Shown here piece after piece: positions 1-8,819 of a DNA stretch of 40,082 nucleotides (the first letter of the stretch is position 1; each line of letters begins with the position of its first letter). This DNA is from a virus. Taxonomy: Duplodnaviria; Caudoviricetes. Under the pieces are notes generated by a model, which worked only from the letters and a program-made list of their open reading frames with translations, had not been told where the DNA came from and did no database searches. The DNA lies in the IMG/VR virus record IMGVR_UViG_3300030397_000885, positions 1 through 40,082 of that record; one strand, given 5' to 3'. Made by a program: the position numbers and the translations under genes.

Positions 1-22
1 TTTCGTGGCCTTAAAATTTTCC

Positions 23-343
23 CTCGCGTATATATATATATTTTTTTTTTGGCGAAGTTGTGACGAAATATGTCTAAGTTTTATATTTACATATAATTAT
101 CGCTGTCACAACCCCGTCACAACCCTGCAACAATGCTGTCACAAGCCGTCACAAAGTGTTGCAAAACGAGTCACAACCCTCGGTAGTAAAAAAAGCGGCC
201 GTCACAACCCCGATGAGGTTGTGACGGGGTTGTGACGGGGTTGTGACGGGGTTGTGACAGCATGTATGTTGTTGTTTTTATTGTTTATAACTACACAAAT
301 ACAGGTATTTGTCACAACTTTTCCGGTTTTCTCTATACGCGAG
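23..343. repeat. Putative replication origin with GTCACAA iterons
   Basis: GTCACAA occurs 12 times: + strand at 105,116,138,148,170,201,311 and - strand at 58,219,230,241,252, the last four with 11-bp period. An AT-rich tract lies at about 29-100. Flanking inverted repeat CTCGCGTATA (23-32)/TATACGCGAG (334-343). Sits directly downstream of the primase-helicase. Confidence 0.75.
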
Positions 344-349
344 AACGAA

Positions 350-3300
350 TCATTCATTATTCTTGGCTTTCCCTTTTGGGCTTAAGCAGTAATAAGCATC
401 TTTAATTATTTCGATATCCAGTTTTAAGATATCCGGCAATTTCTGGCAATCGATCGCCAGGAAATAATTCCTTTTCCCAAAGACATTCTTGAATATTCTA
501 TCTGTCACTATGTAGGGAGAATTAATAATGATATTCCGGATATAGCCGGATTCGTAAGGAAATAAACCGCCTTTTTTCTTGTAATCCTGGATGACCTGTA
601 AATGCAAGTTCCCAATGTTTAGCAGCATAAAATCCCCTTCCCGCATGTTGCCGTTATCATCCTTTACTTTGTCGGCAAAAGCCAGCATTTGCTCGGTACC
701 TTCATTGGGGTAGAGATAATTCACCCGTTTAAAGAACATGGCCATGGGATCTGCAGCGCTCTGGTAATCCTGATTCCTTTCGATCAATACTCTGATGCCA
801 TCCCAAAAATCATCTGGCAGTTGCAAGCCATGGATTAAGTGCAAAGCAGCACACGGAATTGCATAATTAAGAGACAGGCGAAGATCAAATCCCATATCGA
901 CGAAACGGTTTTTGATCTCCTGTATCTTGGTCTTGAGTAAATAAATGCTGTCCTTATTCCTTTCCAGTATCAACTGGCGAGTGACTACGGATAATTGCCG
1001 GGTATTCTGATTTAACCACTGAAAGGCTCTTTTCCTTACTTCATCCGGTTCTTTGAAAAGAGCGAAGGTAATCATGCGGCTGGTAAATGCGTCATCGACC
1101 GGCAGCACGTTGGAGTCTATCCAGTTAACCCCATTGATGACATATTGCAAGCGACCTTTTTTCGGTACCGCCCCTTTCCCGGCAATGCTGCGATTATAGA
1201 CTCCTTTCATTACATCCTTAAGGGTCTTTTCATAGGTTCTCTGGTTGAACTCGTTGGTCCAGAACGGCAAATTACTAAGCTGCTGCATTGCCTGTAAATA
1301 CCCCGGCTCGGTCTGAGGCTCGAACAACTCACCCACCCCCTGGAAGCCAAAACAACGCAGCATTTGTGCCAGGCATTCACTTTTACCGGTCCCCTTGACC
1401 CCATAAAAAAACACAAATGGAAAAGCGTTTACCGCCTGAACGATGATATCACTATAGAGCGTGGCGGGCAGGAAACCGAAGAACAGCAAGCCGGCATAAC
1501 CGTCATTGAGAAGATCGTTGAAATTAAAGGCGACATTCCGAGCCAATTGGGCTGTATATTGATCCTCAAAATTCAGTTCCGGCACTCCCCCACCGTAAAC
1601 TTTCACATCTTCACTTTTATACTTTACGCTTTCGACTGTAGAAACACCATTTTCATCAGCTTTAAAATATTGGTGGTCTTTAATGACACCATTCCCAAAA
1701 AGCCAAAGATCTCGCTCTTTTAAATACCCCGCTTGCTGAACATGGTACGAACGGGTACCACCTTGATGATAATCAATATACTCCCACATCTTGTCCATAT
1801 CTTCTGCGTTGCCCAAAAAAGAGAAAACACCATATTGTTTAATTTTTCTCTTGAAAGCGAGAATCGTGGCGCGATCATCACTGGTAAAGAGAGCACCTTC
1901 TCGTTGCTCATTATTCTTGCCGATAATAGTGCATTGATAGATAAAATCATCATCTTTAAAAATACGTTCATCAATAATGATCTTGAAGTTTGATATCCTT
2001 TTTGAATTCCCATTCGGGGATTTGTAATAGTAAACGCCATTTTCTTCAATTATTTGAAGATTGTAATCCTTGGATGTGTCTATCTCCCGCATCCTTTTGA
2101 GTATGATTTTTTTTGCAGCGCCTTCCACACGCGGGTTAGAAAATCGATCTTTAATGTTTGATAGGGCTATATCATTGATAACCGTGTCTCCGGCATCCGC
2201 TAGTTTTTCAAGATAGGGGCGCAAGAAATCCATCTGCAGACTGAGGTCTTCAATTTCCGGAACGGAATGATTAATAAGATAGCGGAATACATCCTGGGAG
2301 CTTTTCCGCAGATCTTTAACCGCCATCTCCGGATCGCTGGAACGGCGTAGATATTCATCGATGTCGGTCCTTTCTGCCCCCCAGTCCAATACACGAATCT
2401 GGCTTTTTCCGAACAACAGATTAAACAGCATCTCAGTGTATTTCCTGCCTGCCTGATCCAAATCGAATGCGGTATAAACGGTTTTATCTGCCAAATATTT
2501 TTTAAGGCAGTTGAGTTGATCCTCGCTGAGCATTCCGGTTGTGGCCACTACATTACGCTTCCCTAACGCCCGGCTAAGCTGGATGGCATCGTGTTCCCCT
2601 TCCACGACAAAAACTTCATCATGGTATAGAGCATCCTGATTCATAAAAAGGATATTTCGCAGCCGATTCTCCGTGCGAAGACGGTAATTGATGATATCCT
2701 CCCCCTTCTTTTTCAGGTGTTTCCGGGCATCCTTGATGGTAAAATCGCACACCTGGCGGCCGAGGATGTGCGGGAAAGTAAACAGATTCGGGATAAAGTA
2801 GTCGCTACTTACCTGGTTATTGGCATCAGCAACTTTTATAAGATCACTGCGGTTAATGCTCTGGAAGGCAACTTTCCCCAGGGTTTTTTCAATGAATGAT
2901 AAGAAGAACCGCTCCGACTTAAACAGCTTATTGCGGAATTTCCCCAGGGCTGTTAACTGCTTTTCTGCTAACTGTTCAGACTTGCGATCCTGAAACCACG
3001 ACAGAACCTTATCCGATATCTGGTATTGTTTCCGGATTACCAGCAGTCCGCTGGCCAGCAGATCCTTCTCAGCAAATCCCGCTTTTAACAGGTGTGCCTT
3101 TAACAGGTCCGGTTTACTGCCGGTAAAGCCAATTTGCCACTCTGTTAATACTGTTTCATCGTATTTACGGGTTGTTTTAAGCACCTTCTTTGCGTTAGGG
3201 GATTTCAGCAGCAACTGGTTGTAATATTCAGCTGCGGTATTAAATATCTTTTCCCGCATATCGATTTCAGCAGATTTTTTTTCAACCGTCCCATTTCCAT

Positions 3301-3589
3301 TTAACTGGTAGCCAATCATTTCAGCATTTTTCCGAAGCACTTCCCCCCAATTGGCTATACCAAGATATTCCCGGGTAAAGTTATGGGCATTCCCGGAACG
3401 CTTACATTTAAAGCAATGGTATTTGCCATCTTGCGGCCATATCCGGAAACCCTTGGTGCTGCTGCAGTCATCGAAAGGGCATGGTGATACACCATAAAAT
3501 TTCCCAATCTTTTTAGGCTGCTGATTGGTCAGTCGCTGGATATGTTCCAGTATGTCGGTCTGCTCCAGTATGTTCTGAAAATCATTCAT
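350..3589 (-). CDS. DNA primase-helicase fusion (Zn finger + DnaG-type TOPRIM + P-loop helicase)
   Basis: Zn finger CPFDDC...YHCFKC; TOPRIM motifs VVEGEHDA and AFDLDQAG; Walker A GVKGTGKS; Walker-B-like LPFWTNE. Confidence 0.88.
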   Translation of the reverse strand: MNDFQNILEQTDILEHIQRLTNQQPKKIGKFYGVSPCPFDDCSSTKGFRIWPQDGKYHCFKCKRSGNAHNFTREYLGIANWGEVLRKNAEMIGYQLNGNGTVEKKSAEIDMREKIFNTAAEYYNQLLLKSPNAKKVLKTTRKYDETVLTEWQIGFTGSKPDLLKAHLLKAGFAEKDLLASGLLVIRKQYQISDKVLSWFQDRKSEQLAEKQLTALGKFRNKLFKSERFFLSFIEKTLGKVAFQSINRSDLIKVADANNQVSSDYFIPNLFTFPHILGRQVCDFTIKDARKHLKKKGEDIINYRLRTENRLRNILFMNQDALYHDEVFVVEGEHDAIQLSRALGKRNVVATTGMLSEDQLNCLKKYLADKTVYTAFDLDQAGRKYTEMLFNLLFGKSQIRVLDWGAERTDIDEYLRRSSDPEMAVKDLRKSSQDVFRYLINHSVPEIEDLSLQMDFLRPYLEKLADAGDTVINDIALSNIKDRFSNPRVEGAAKKIILKRMREIDTSKDYNLQIIEENGVYYYKSPNGNSKRISNFKIIIDERIFKDDDFIYQCTIIGKNNEQREGALFTSDDRATILAFKRKIKQYGVFSFLGNAEDMDKMWEYIDYHQGGTRSYHVQQAGYLKERDLWLFGNGVIKDHQYFKADENGVSTVESVKYKSEDVKVYGGGVPELNFEDQYTAQLARNVAFNFNDLLNDGYAGLLFFGFLPATLYSDIIVQAVNAFPFVFFYGVKGTGKSECLAQMLRCFGFQGVGELFEPQTEPGYLQAMQQLSNLPFWTNEFNQRTYEKTLKDVMKGVYNRSIAGKGAVPKKGRLQYVINGVNWIDSNVLPVDDAFTSRMITFALFKEPDEVRKRAFQWLNQNTRQLSVVTRQLILERNKDSIYLLKTKIQEIKNRFVDMGFDLRLSLNYAIPCAALHLIHGLQLPDDFWDGIRVLIERNQDYQSAADPMAMFFKRVNYLYPNEGTEQMLAFADKVKDDNGNMREGDFMLLNIGNLHLQVIQDYKKKGGLFPYESGYIRNIIINSPYIVTDRIFKNVFGKRNYFLAIDCQKLPDILKLDIEIIKDAYYCLSPKGKAKNNE

Positions 3590-3651
3590 CTTAAACCCTC
3601 ATTCAGTTTTTAAAATTGGCAAATAATCCCCTGTCCACTTCGGAAAGGGGC

Positions 3652-3673
3652 AAAAAAAGCCCGGCGCCCGGGC
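3652..3673 (-). terminator. Intrinsic terminator after cassette 1 ORF
   Basis: On the minus strand, GCCCGG-gcg-CCGGGC is followed by T7. Confidence 0.6.
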
Positions 3674-3712
3674 GGATGGTAATTGCCCGGGGCGGGTGTT
3701 GTGTTGATGGGG

Positions 3713-3970
3713 TCAGGATTTCTTTGTAAGCTTATCCGCAAATTGCAGCAGCTTTACAATCTGTAAATCCAGATCAAAATAGCTATTGCGCAATGCTTCG
3801 GCCAGGTGTTCCCTCTCCGGTAATCTCCGGCGTCCGTGCCCATCTTCCATGACAATGATCGATCCACTCACCAAGCCCTGGTGAACATCGATTTTCCTGT
3901 ATAACTTTTCTTTAATCTTTGCCAGTCTACGCTGGTCTTTCGTGAGGGTATTACGGTTGGAGTTAGCCAT
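3713..3970 (-). CDS. Small orphan protein of antisense cassette 1 (paralog of 23999..24253)
   Basis: 85 aa, strong SD AGGAGG. Similar to 23999..24253: MANS..LT..Q..L.KI...LY..D.H.G.VSG....ME......EA...LR.S...LD..IVK.L.F..KLT. Confidence 0.85.
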   Translation of the reverse strand: MANSNRNTLTKDQRRLAKIKEKLYRKIDVHQGLVSGSIIVMEDGHGRRRLPEREHLAEALRNSYFDLDLQIVKLLQFADKLTKKS

Positions 3971-4006
3971 GATGGCCTCCTAGAAATTTTAGCAGTACAT
4001 AAAAAT

Positions 4007-4101
4007 AGCCGAGTTTTGCTAACGCTCTCTAGGAGGCGCTCCACCCCTCACGGATGCCTTACGGCACGCCCCGGGCGACCGGGACAGCGGAAAACTCGGC
4101 T
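4007..4101 (-). ncRNA. C4/CI-like antisense RNA, copy 1
   Basis: Closing stem AGCCGAGTTTT/AAAACTCGGCT with internal hairpins including CC-GTAA-GG and CC-GTGA-GG. Unpaired boxes GCCTCCTAGAGA and TTAGCA are complementary to sites at 3975-3994 (SD) and 4161-4176. Confidence 0.8.
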
Positions 4102-4125
4102 TTATGAATTAATAGTGCTGTACAT

Positions 4126-4210
4126 AAAAAAGCCGCGAGATATTGCGGCGGATTATTCCGCCTAGAGATATTAGCACTTTGAAATTAGCAAAGTTTTTTG
4201 TTGATAGCAA
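4126..4210 (-). promoter_or_regulatory. Cassette 1 promoter, operator, upstream antisense target and attenuator
   Basis: TTGCTA-17-TAATTT; operator CTTTGA-N5-GCAAAG at 4177-4193; hairpin GGCGG/CCGCC overlaps terminator GCCGCAA-tatc-TCGCGGC-T6. Confidence 0.7.
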
Positions 4211-4211
4211 G

Positions 4212-4646
4212 TTATTTGTCCCCCCAGTCAGCGTTAATTAGGGCAATTTGCCTTAATAGATTAGAATCCCAGGTAGTTGGGTATTTTAAATCTGTCCAGT
4301 GAATGAGCTTCCCCACAAAATCTTTATCAAACCACTCAAAAAACTCGGCGACACTGGGGAAACCATCCCAAGAGGCCAGCAGCTGCAAGTCATTTGCGGA
4401 TAAATTTTCGCCATCCACGGTTACCTGGGGTGTCCAGAAAGGATTGGACGAATATTTAATCGATATTTTCTGCACAGATACGCATTCGTCGATCATAAAA
4501 CAGTCATAATTCGGCGTTCTAACGCCTGTTGCAAAATGAATCACCCGCCCCGCTTGCCAGCGATTATTCCGGTCTTGCCTGATGGTATGAATTTTTATCC
4601 CGGCAAGTATTTGAGGTTTAAATTGGTTGTAAAATCCGAGTATCAT
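4212..4646 (-). CDS. ASCH/PUA-like domain protein
   Basis: Start reassigned to MILGF. Contains the ASCH-type motif F.P.IL.G.K.HTIR and later LASWDGF. Confidence 0.7.
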   Translation of the reverse strand: MILGFYNQFKPQILAGIKIHTIRQDRNNRWQAGRVIHFATGVRTPNYDCFMIDECVSVQKISIKYSSNPFWTPQVTVDGENLSANDLQLLASWDGFPSVAEFFEWFDKDFVGKLIHWTDLKYPTTWDSNLLRQIALINADWGDK

Positions 4647-4647
4647 T

Positions 4648-4911
4648 TTAATTTTCCACCGAAATTGTATCATCGAATTCATCTTCAAGCTTAATGGCAT
4701 CATCCAGAACCGAAAAGATGTTTCTGGCAACTTGATCTAAAAGCTCTATAATCTCTGTCAGAAATCCTTTTATTTCCTTAGGGTCTGTTTCGGTTTCTAA
4801 TGCTTCGCAAGCCTGTAATGCATCACTCATGTTACTTTCATATTGCTGGATACCTTCGGATACGACCTCCAAAAGTATTTGATTGACTTTCTGTTTTTTG
4901 ACCTCATTCAT
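4648..4911 (-). CDS. Hypothetical acidic helical protein
   Basis: Tightly packed in the early operon; start probably MNEV. Confidence 0.55.
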   Translation of the reverse strand: MNEVKKQKVNQILLEVVSEGIQQYESNMSDALQACEALETETDPKEIKGFLTEIIELLDQVARNIFSVLDDAIKLEDEFDDTISVEN

Positions 4912-5119
4912 CCGGCTGCCCCTTTGAAATTTCGATTTCTGTATCTTGCCATTCGCCATCTATGGCTGTTCGATCAGTCATGAAATCACCGATAAGATCA
5001 TCAAATTCCTGCTCCGACAGATATTCTGCTTCTTGCAGAAGTTGTTCATATTCTGCCTGGCACATCTCTACATATTTGACGTGCCGTTCAACCTTCGTAA
5101 TGCTCATTTTGACTATCAT
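4904..5119 (-). CDS. Hypothetical protein
   Basis: SD GAGGAG; overlaps the next gene. Confidence 0.6.
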   Translation of the reverse strand: MIVKMSITKVERHVKYVEMCQAEYEQLLQEAEYLSEQEFDDLIGDFMTDRTAIDGEWQDTEIEISKGQPDE

Positions 5120-5136
5120 GGTTCACTCCTCTATCG

Positions 5137-5544
5137 TTATTTGTTGGTGGTTGATTGTTGATCGTTGGTTATCACTCCATTAACTATTATTTTAAAGGCT
5201 TTGCCGCCGACGCTTGATTGCATTGCTTTAAAAACTCTTGGAATCATTAATTTGAATTTATGGGCACGTTTCATTCTTGCGAAAATGGCTATCAATTGAC
5301 ACCCATTTTCGTTGAAAATTCGTGTAACTTGCTTCCCACCATTCGAATCACTTTTAACCAAGGCTGAACACCTTTCAAGTGAAAACTTGTGCCGTTGAAA
5401 TATTTTATTTATTGCAATTCTCGGATGGCTATATCCTATTACTTGACCAAGTTTTGCAGATGTCATCCAAAACTCACCTTTATACAGAATAAAATATGAG
5501 TCTGCCAAAAGTAGTTCCTTTGTCAAATCGCAATTGTCTTGCAT
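5137..5544 (-). CDS. Bro-N domain (antirepressor-type) protein
   Basis: FWMTSAKLGQVIGYSHPRIAINKIFQRH...GGKQVTRIFNENGCQLIAIFAR. Confidence 0.75.
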   Translation of the reverse strand: MQDNCDLTKELLLADSYFILYKGEFWMTSAKLGQVIGYSHPRIAINKIFQRHKFSLERCSALVKSDSNGGKQVTRIFNENGCQLIAIFARMKRAHKFKLMIPRVFKAMQSSVGGKAFKIIVNGVITNDQQSTTNK

Positions 5545-5649
5545 ATGACCGCTCCCAATTGATATAATATCCCGGGAGATGCCCAGCCCCCGGTGTGTTC
5601 AAATAAAGGTTTTTATTTAGCTTCCCGGCGGGCAACACCGGGAAGTTTT

Positions 5650-5868
5650 TTACAGCATAGCTTCCTTTATTGCCTCCAATTCGGGAGCCTTATCAAGGCT
5701 ACGTAAATACCGCCTGAAAATCCCCTGGCGAACGCCTTCACGTAATACAATGACAACCTTTGGGAATGTCCTCTCTACTGTGCCGGTGTGCAGAACAACT
5801 TCCTTTTTCCCATTGCCAAATTCAACCTGGAGCCACTTCACCGGCTGGCCCTTGATGTAATCACTCAT
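5650..5868 (-). CDS. Hypothetical small beta-rich protein
   Basis: Start MSDY forms an ATGA overlap with the upstream stop; SD GGAGG. Confidence 0.55.
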   Translation of the reverse strand: MSDYIKGQPVKWLQVEFGNGKKEVVLHTGTVERTFPKVVIVLREGVRQGIFRRYLRSLDKAPELEAIKEAML

Positions 5869-6122
5869 GATGCCTCCGCAGTTAATTTGTGGACAATTCT
5901 CTCGCGAGTTAATGGATACGCCATAGTGCGTGAATTGCGGGGTATAATTATACACCCGTTCAATAGCGGGTTAGTATTAATCATCGCCTGAGCTTCCTGG
6001 CGGCTTATAAATAGCCGGGCATTCAAAATATTTGCGGATAATATGACCTGCTGCCGTTCATATCGCTGAACTTTTACAAAATATCTCCGCACTCTATCAA
6101 CGGTTTTTACTATGACAAACAT
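5865..6122 (-). CDS. Hypothetical protein
   Basis: SD AAGGA; operon packing. Confidence 0.55.
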   Translation of the reverse strand: MFVIVKTVDRVRRYFVKVQRYERQQVILSANILNARLFISRQEAQAMINTNPLLNGCIIIPRNSRTMAYPLTRERIVHKLTAEAS

Positions 6123-6144
6123 GATTCCATCCTTTTTTAGTAAG

Positions 6145-6441
6145 CTATAAATCCTTTTTAGAAGCGTTATTTAAGACGATTTCCAGAACCCTGGCCAGTG
6201 GCTTTTCCAGGGCACACAGCTGGCAAACAATAATATCCTTTTCCGAGGAGACCGCTTGCGCGGCATCGCTGCCATCGCCCATGACGGTTGCTAATCCGGG
6301 ACTACCCAGCATCGCGGCTAAGCCGGCATGTTGTTGGATGACATTAAAATTAATCAACATATGCTCAATGCTGGCCCGGTAAAATGCCGGGGCGATTTTT
6401 CCCCCGCAGCAGTCGCAGGGTCTAATATCTGTTATATTCAT
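6145..6441 (-). CDS. Hypothetical Zn-binding protein
   Basis: CDCC and CQLC motifs; ATGA overlap with the HNH gene. Confidence 0.65.
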   Translation of the reverse strand: MNITDIRPCDCCGGKIAPAFYRASIEHMLINFNVIQQHAGLAAMLGSPGLATVMGDGSDAAQAVSSEKDIIVCQLCALEKPLARVLEIVLNNASKKDL

Positions 6442-6881
6442 GGCGCCTCCTCGAACAGATCCCGCACGGCCAAAAACTGGTTTTTCTTTTCGCGCTTGCG
6501 GCGCTGGTTGTCTTTCCGGTCATGATTTAAATGGCAGCGCTGGCAGAGTGCCGCCAGGTTGGCCGGGTCGTTGTTTGTGGTGTCCTGGTCCAGGTGCGCC
6601 ACCGTCAGAATGATCACTATGTATTTGGGACCGCCCGTCTCAAAACGGTTATAGTAAACAGCCAAATTTCGCGCCAGTTTATAGGGCAGCTCTCCCTGCC
6701 CCGCGGAAAACGTAATGTTATCTGGTCCTACAGCCGGGATAAATTTGCCGGTAAAATCCCGGTAGCCCAGGGCATAGTTAGGCACATTGCAGAATTTGCA
6801 ACGATTGCCTTCCCGCTGCCGAATGGCCTTGCTAATTTCACCCCAATTTTTCGGGTATTTTTTTAGTTGATCTTTAGTCAT
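6438..6881 (-). CDS. HNH endonuclease-like protein
   Basis: Start reassigned to MTKDQ (SD AAAGGA). YP.NW..IS..IR...CKFC ... LTVAHLDQDTTNNDPANLAALCQRCH. Confidence 0.8.
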   Translation of the reverse strand: MTKDQLKKYPKNWGEISKAIRQREGNRCKFCNVPNYALGYRDFTGKFIPAVGPDNITFSAGQGELPYKLARNLAVYYNRFETGGPKYIVIILTVAHLDQDTTNNDPANLAALCQRCHLNHDRKDNQRRKREKKNQFLAVRDLFEEAP

Positions 6882-7066
6882 GTTAATTCCTTTAGGCTCC
6901 CCGGAGATCATCCCTCCGGGAGCATCTCTTTTATCGTCTATTGGGGCAAGCTGCTCATTTCTGGCATGAGTGCCTCGAGTGTTTTTAAGGGCCCCGTTCC
7001 CCGTTTCCATAAGGAGGATGATTCCTGGAAACTAAACCCAACAGCTTGTTATCCCCTCTCTGGGGT

Positions 7067-7152
7067 TGGCCGACTGGCAGGACTTGAACCTACGACCTCT
7101 GGGACCCGGTTTCCCGTGACCCAGCGCTCTACCCAACTGAGCTACAGCCGAC
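7067..7152 (-). ncRNA. tRNA-like RNA with no anticodon loop (extended arm capped by GAAA)
   Basis: Acceptor (G)TCGGCTG/CAGTCGG(C); D arm GCTC-AGTTGGGTA-GAGC; T arm GTAGG-TTCAAGT-CCTGC. The anticodon stem CTGGG/CCCAG encloses 16 nt (TCACGG-GAAA-CCGGGT). Confidence 0.8.
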
Positions 7153-7166
7153 AGATGATATATCAT

Positions 7167-7655
7167 TCATTCCCTGTTTTTACCTCGTAAAATGTGGTGA
7201 TTGTCGCTCAGCAGCGCATCGAGCATGTCTTTAAACCCCTCATTATCCGATTGCTGCTGCCATTTATTATTTTTCAAGCGGGCGAACCGTAAGTATTGAT
7301 CAGAACTCAACGGGCATTCGGATATCTGGAGGATCCTCACTGCCGAATATGAAGTTTTATGATACTGCGCCGTATTGGCATATTTTTGCTGCTGAATCTG
7401 GTAGAGCAGTATGTCTATAAATCTTTCCTGCCCGGCATGGTCTAAATCCTTCATCCAATATCCGATGACATGCTGCATACTGATATCCTCAAGGTTGCCC
7501 CGGAACAATTCCAGGCACTGTACTGCGGTGTAATCCGATGATATTGTTAAGTCGCCATGCCGGTAATAAATTTTGTCGGCAGCTGGTTGCTCGGCGCTGC
7601 ATGAAGCGAGAACAAAAAACAAAAATACAATGCAGAACTTTTTCATTTTTGCCAT
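7167..7655 (-). CDS. Predicted lipoprotein
   Basis: MKKFCIVFLFFVLASC: basic N-region, hydrophobic core and lipobox LASC. Confidence 0.7.
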   Translation of the reverse strand: MAKMKKFCIVFLFFVLASCSAEQPAADKIYYRHGDLTISSDYTAVQCLELFRGNLEDISMQHVIGYWMKDLDHAGQERFIDILLYQIQQQKYANTAQYHKTSYSAVRILQISECPLSSDQYLRFARLKNNKWQQQSDNEGFKDMLDALLSDNHHILRGKNRE

Positions 7656-7834
7656 CCCTGGTTTTGTTGTTAATAATGACCGGGCCGAAGCCCGGTGCCC
7701 AGTCCGTAAATACAGTAAATTGGGGTTTACGATTAATTAGGGACTGGTATATTTTCAACACTCCCCTGCCCCGCACCGCCTACCAATTAGTTAATTGTGC
7801 GGGGCAGGTTTGAATTATCCCATCGACTGAGGGT

Positions 7835-8038
7835 TTAAGGGGAGCGTTTATTTCTGCTCAATTGCCAGGCCAGGTAATTCTTGAAGTTCAGATACGCCAT
7901 CCCATTGTTGAAGATGATCGCCAGCATCGTGCCGTGGCCTTCCGGAGGCGCCTGGTCGCCCAGGGCCAGGAAAGCCACCGCAGCATCGGAAAGCAGTTTC
8001 GTGTCTACGCTATGCAAATTTTTAAAATCATCCATCAT
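7835..8038 (-). CDS. Hypothetical protein
   Basis: SD AGGAG; 67 aa. Confidence 0.55.
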   Translation of the reverse strand: MMDDFKNLHSVDTKLLSDAAVAFLALGDQAPPEGHGTMLAIIFNNGMAYLNFKNYLAWQLSRNKRSP

Positions 8039-8098
8039 CTTGCTCCTGATTATGCCACCCGGACCCGAGGCCGAAACCCCAGGTCCAGGAGGGAAATT

Positions 8099-8416
8099 TT
8101 ACACGTCGAATAAATCTCCAGTCCGGGGACATGGCACATTATCCACATCCCCGGCGCTGGAGAGGAGGGTCTTTTCTTCATAATTCAATTTTTCCACCAA
8201 CCATTTGTTTTTGCTGATGGTGTTATATGTATGGCTCCAACGCTTGCAGCCGGTGCAGTAAATATGATATTCCACATGCACCCGCTCGTTGGGCTTGGGA
8301 GCGGCAATCACCTTGTTCAGATAGGCCTTTCCCCCACCCTGGCAGTTGCGGTGTTTGCAGTTGGCGCTAATCGGTTCTAATGGCACATAAATGACCGGAT
8401 CGGAGATATTAGACAT
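8099..8416 (-). CDS. Hypothetical Cys-rich (Zn-ribbon-like) protein
   Basis: CKHRNC and CTGC motifs; SD GGAGGG; overlaps the upstream gene. Confidence 0.6.
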   Translation of the reverse strand: MSNISDPVIYVPLEPISANCKHRNCQGGGKAYLNKVIAAPKPNERVHVEYHIYCTGCKRWSHTYNTISKNKWLVEKLNYEEKTLLSSAGDVDNVPCPRTGDLFDV

Positions 8417-8819
8417 TACGCCAGCCCTCCCCTTTTAACGGACCGAACATCTCAAAAACCGCCGGCGTGGTGTTCACTCTGCCCGCTTTTTCCAGCAGGT
8501 GCGCCCAGCCAAATAGCTCTTGCAAACTGATGCGCCATTGCCGGGCAATCTCGCGCAGTTTTTTCCCTTTGTTTAAAGTTAGTTCGATCATTAACTGGTT
8601 AATGAATATGCTGGCCTTAGTGCCGGCAGTTTTGAAAAGTATCGTCCTGGCGCAACCGGCGGTTAAGCGGTGCCTATCCGGATTGTAGCCCTGGGTGGAT
8701 GCAAAGCCATCCCCCGGGCCAGTGTAATTAACCAACACCAGTGGCACGCTGGTATTAATCCGGTTTTGCAGCCCGAGAAAGACACAGTTCGGTTTGGATT
8801 GGTTCGGCTGGTTCATCAC
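8409..8819 (-). CDS. Hypothetical protein with possible C-terminal HTH
   Basis: LREIARQWRISLQELFGW segment; overlaps the recombinase stop. Confidence 0.55.
   Translation of the reverse strand: MMNQPNQSKPNCVFLGLQNRINTSVPLVLVNYTGPGDGFASTQGYNPDRHRLTAGCARTILFKTAGTKASIFINQLMIELTLNKGKKLREIARQWRISLQELFGWAHLLEKAGRVNTTPAVFEMFGPLKGEGWRNV

Noticed and set aside
5-235. 76-aa plus-strand ORF
   Set aside because: It simply translates the iteron repeats and poly-AT tracts of the origin.
105-260. Possible CRISPR-like array
   Set aside because: Repeats are 7-11 bp, in both orientations, without regular unique spacers, and no cas genes are present.
7067-7152. Standard decoding tRNA
   Set aside because: There is no 7-nt anticodon loop; reported as a tRNA-like ncRNA instead.
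7765-7808. 12-bp inverted repeat CCTGCCCCGCAC/GTGCGGGGCAGG
   Set aside because: Single copy with no U-tract on the coding strand; no function can be supported from sequence alone.
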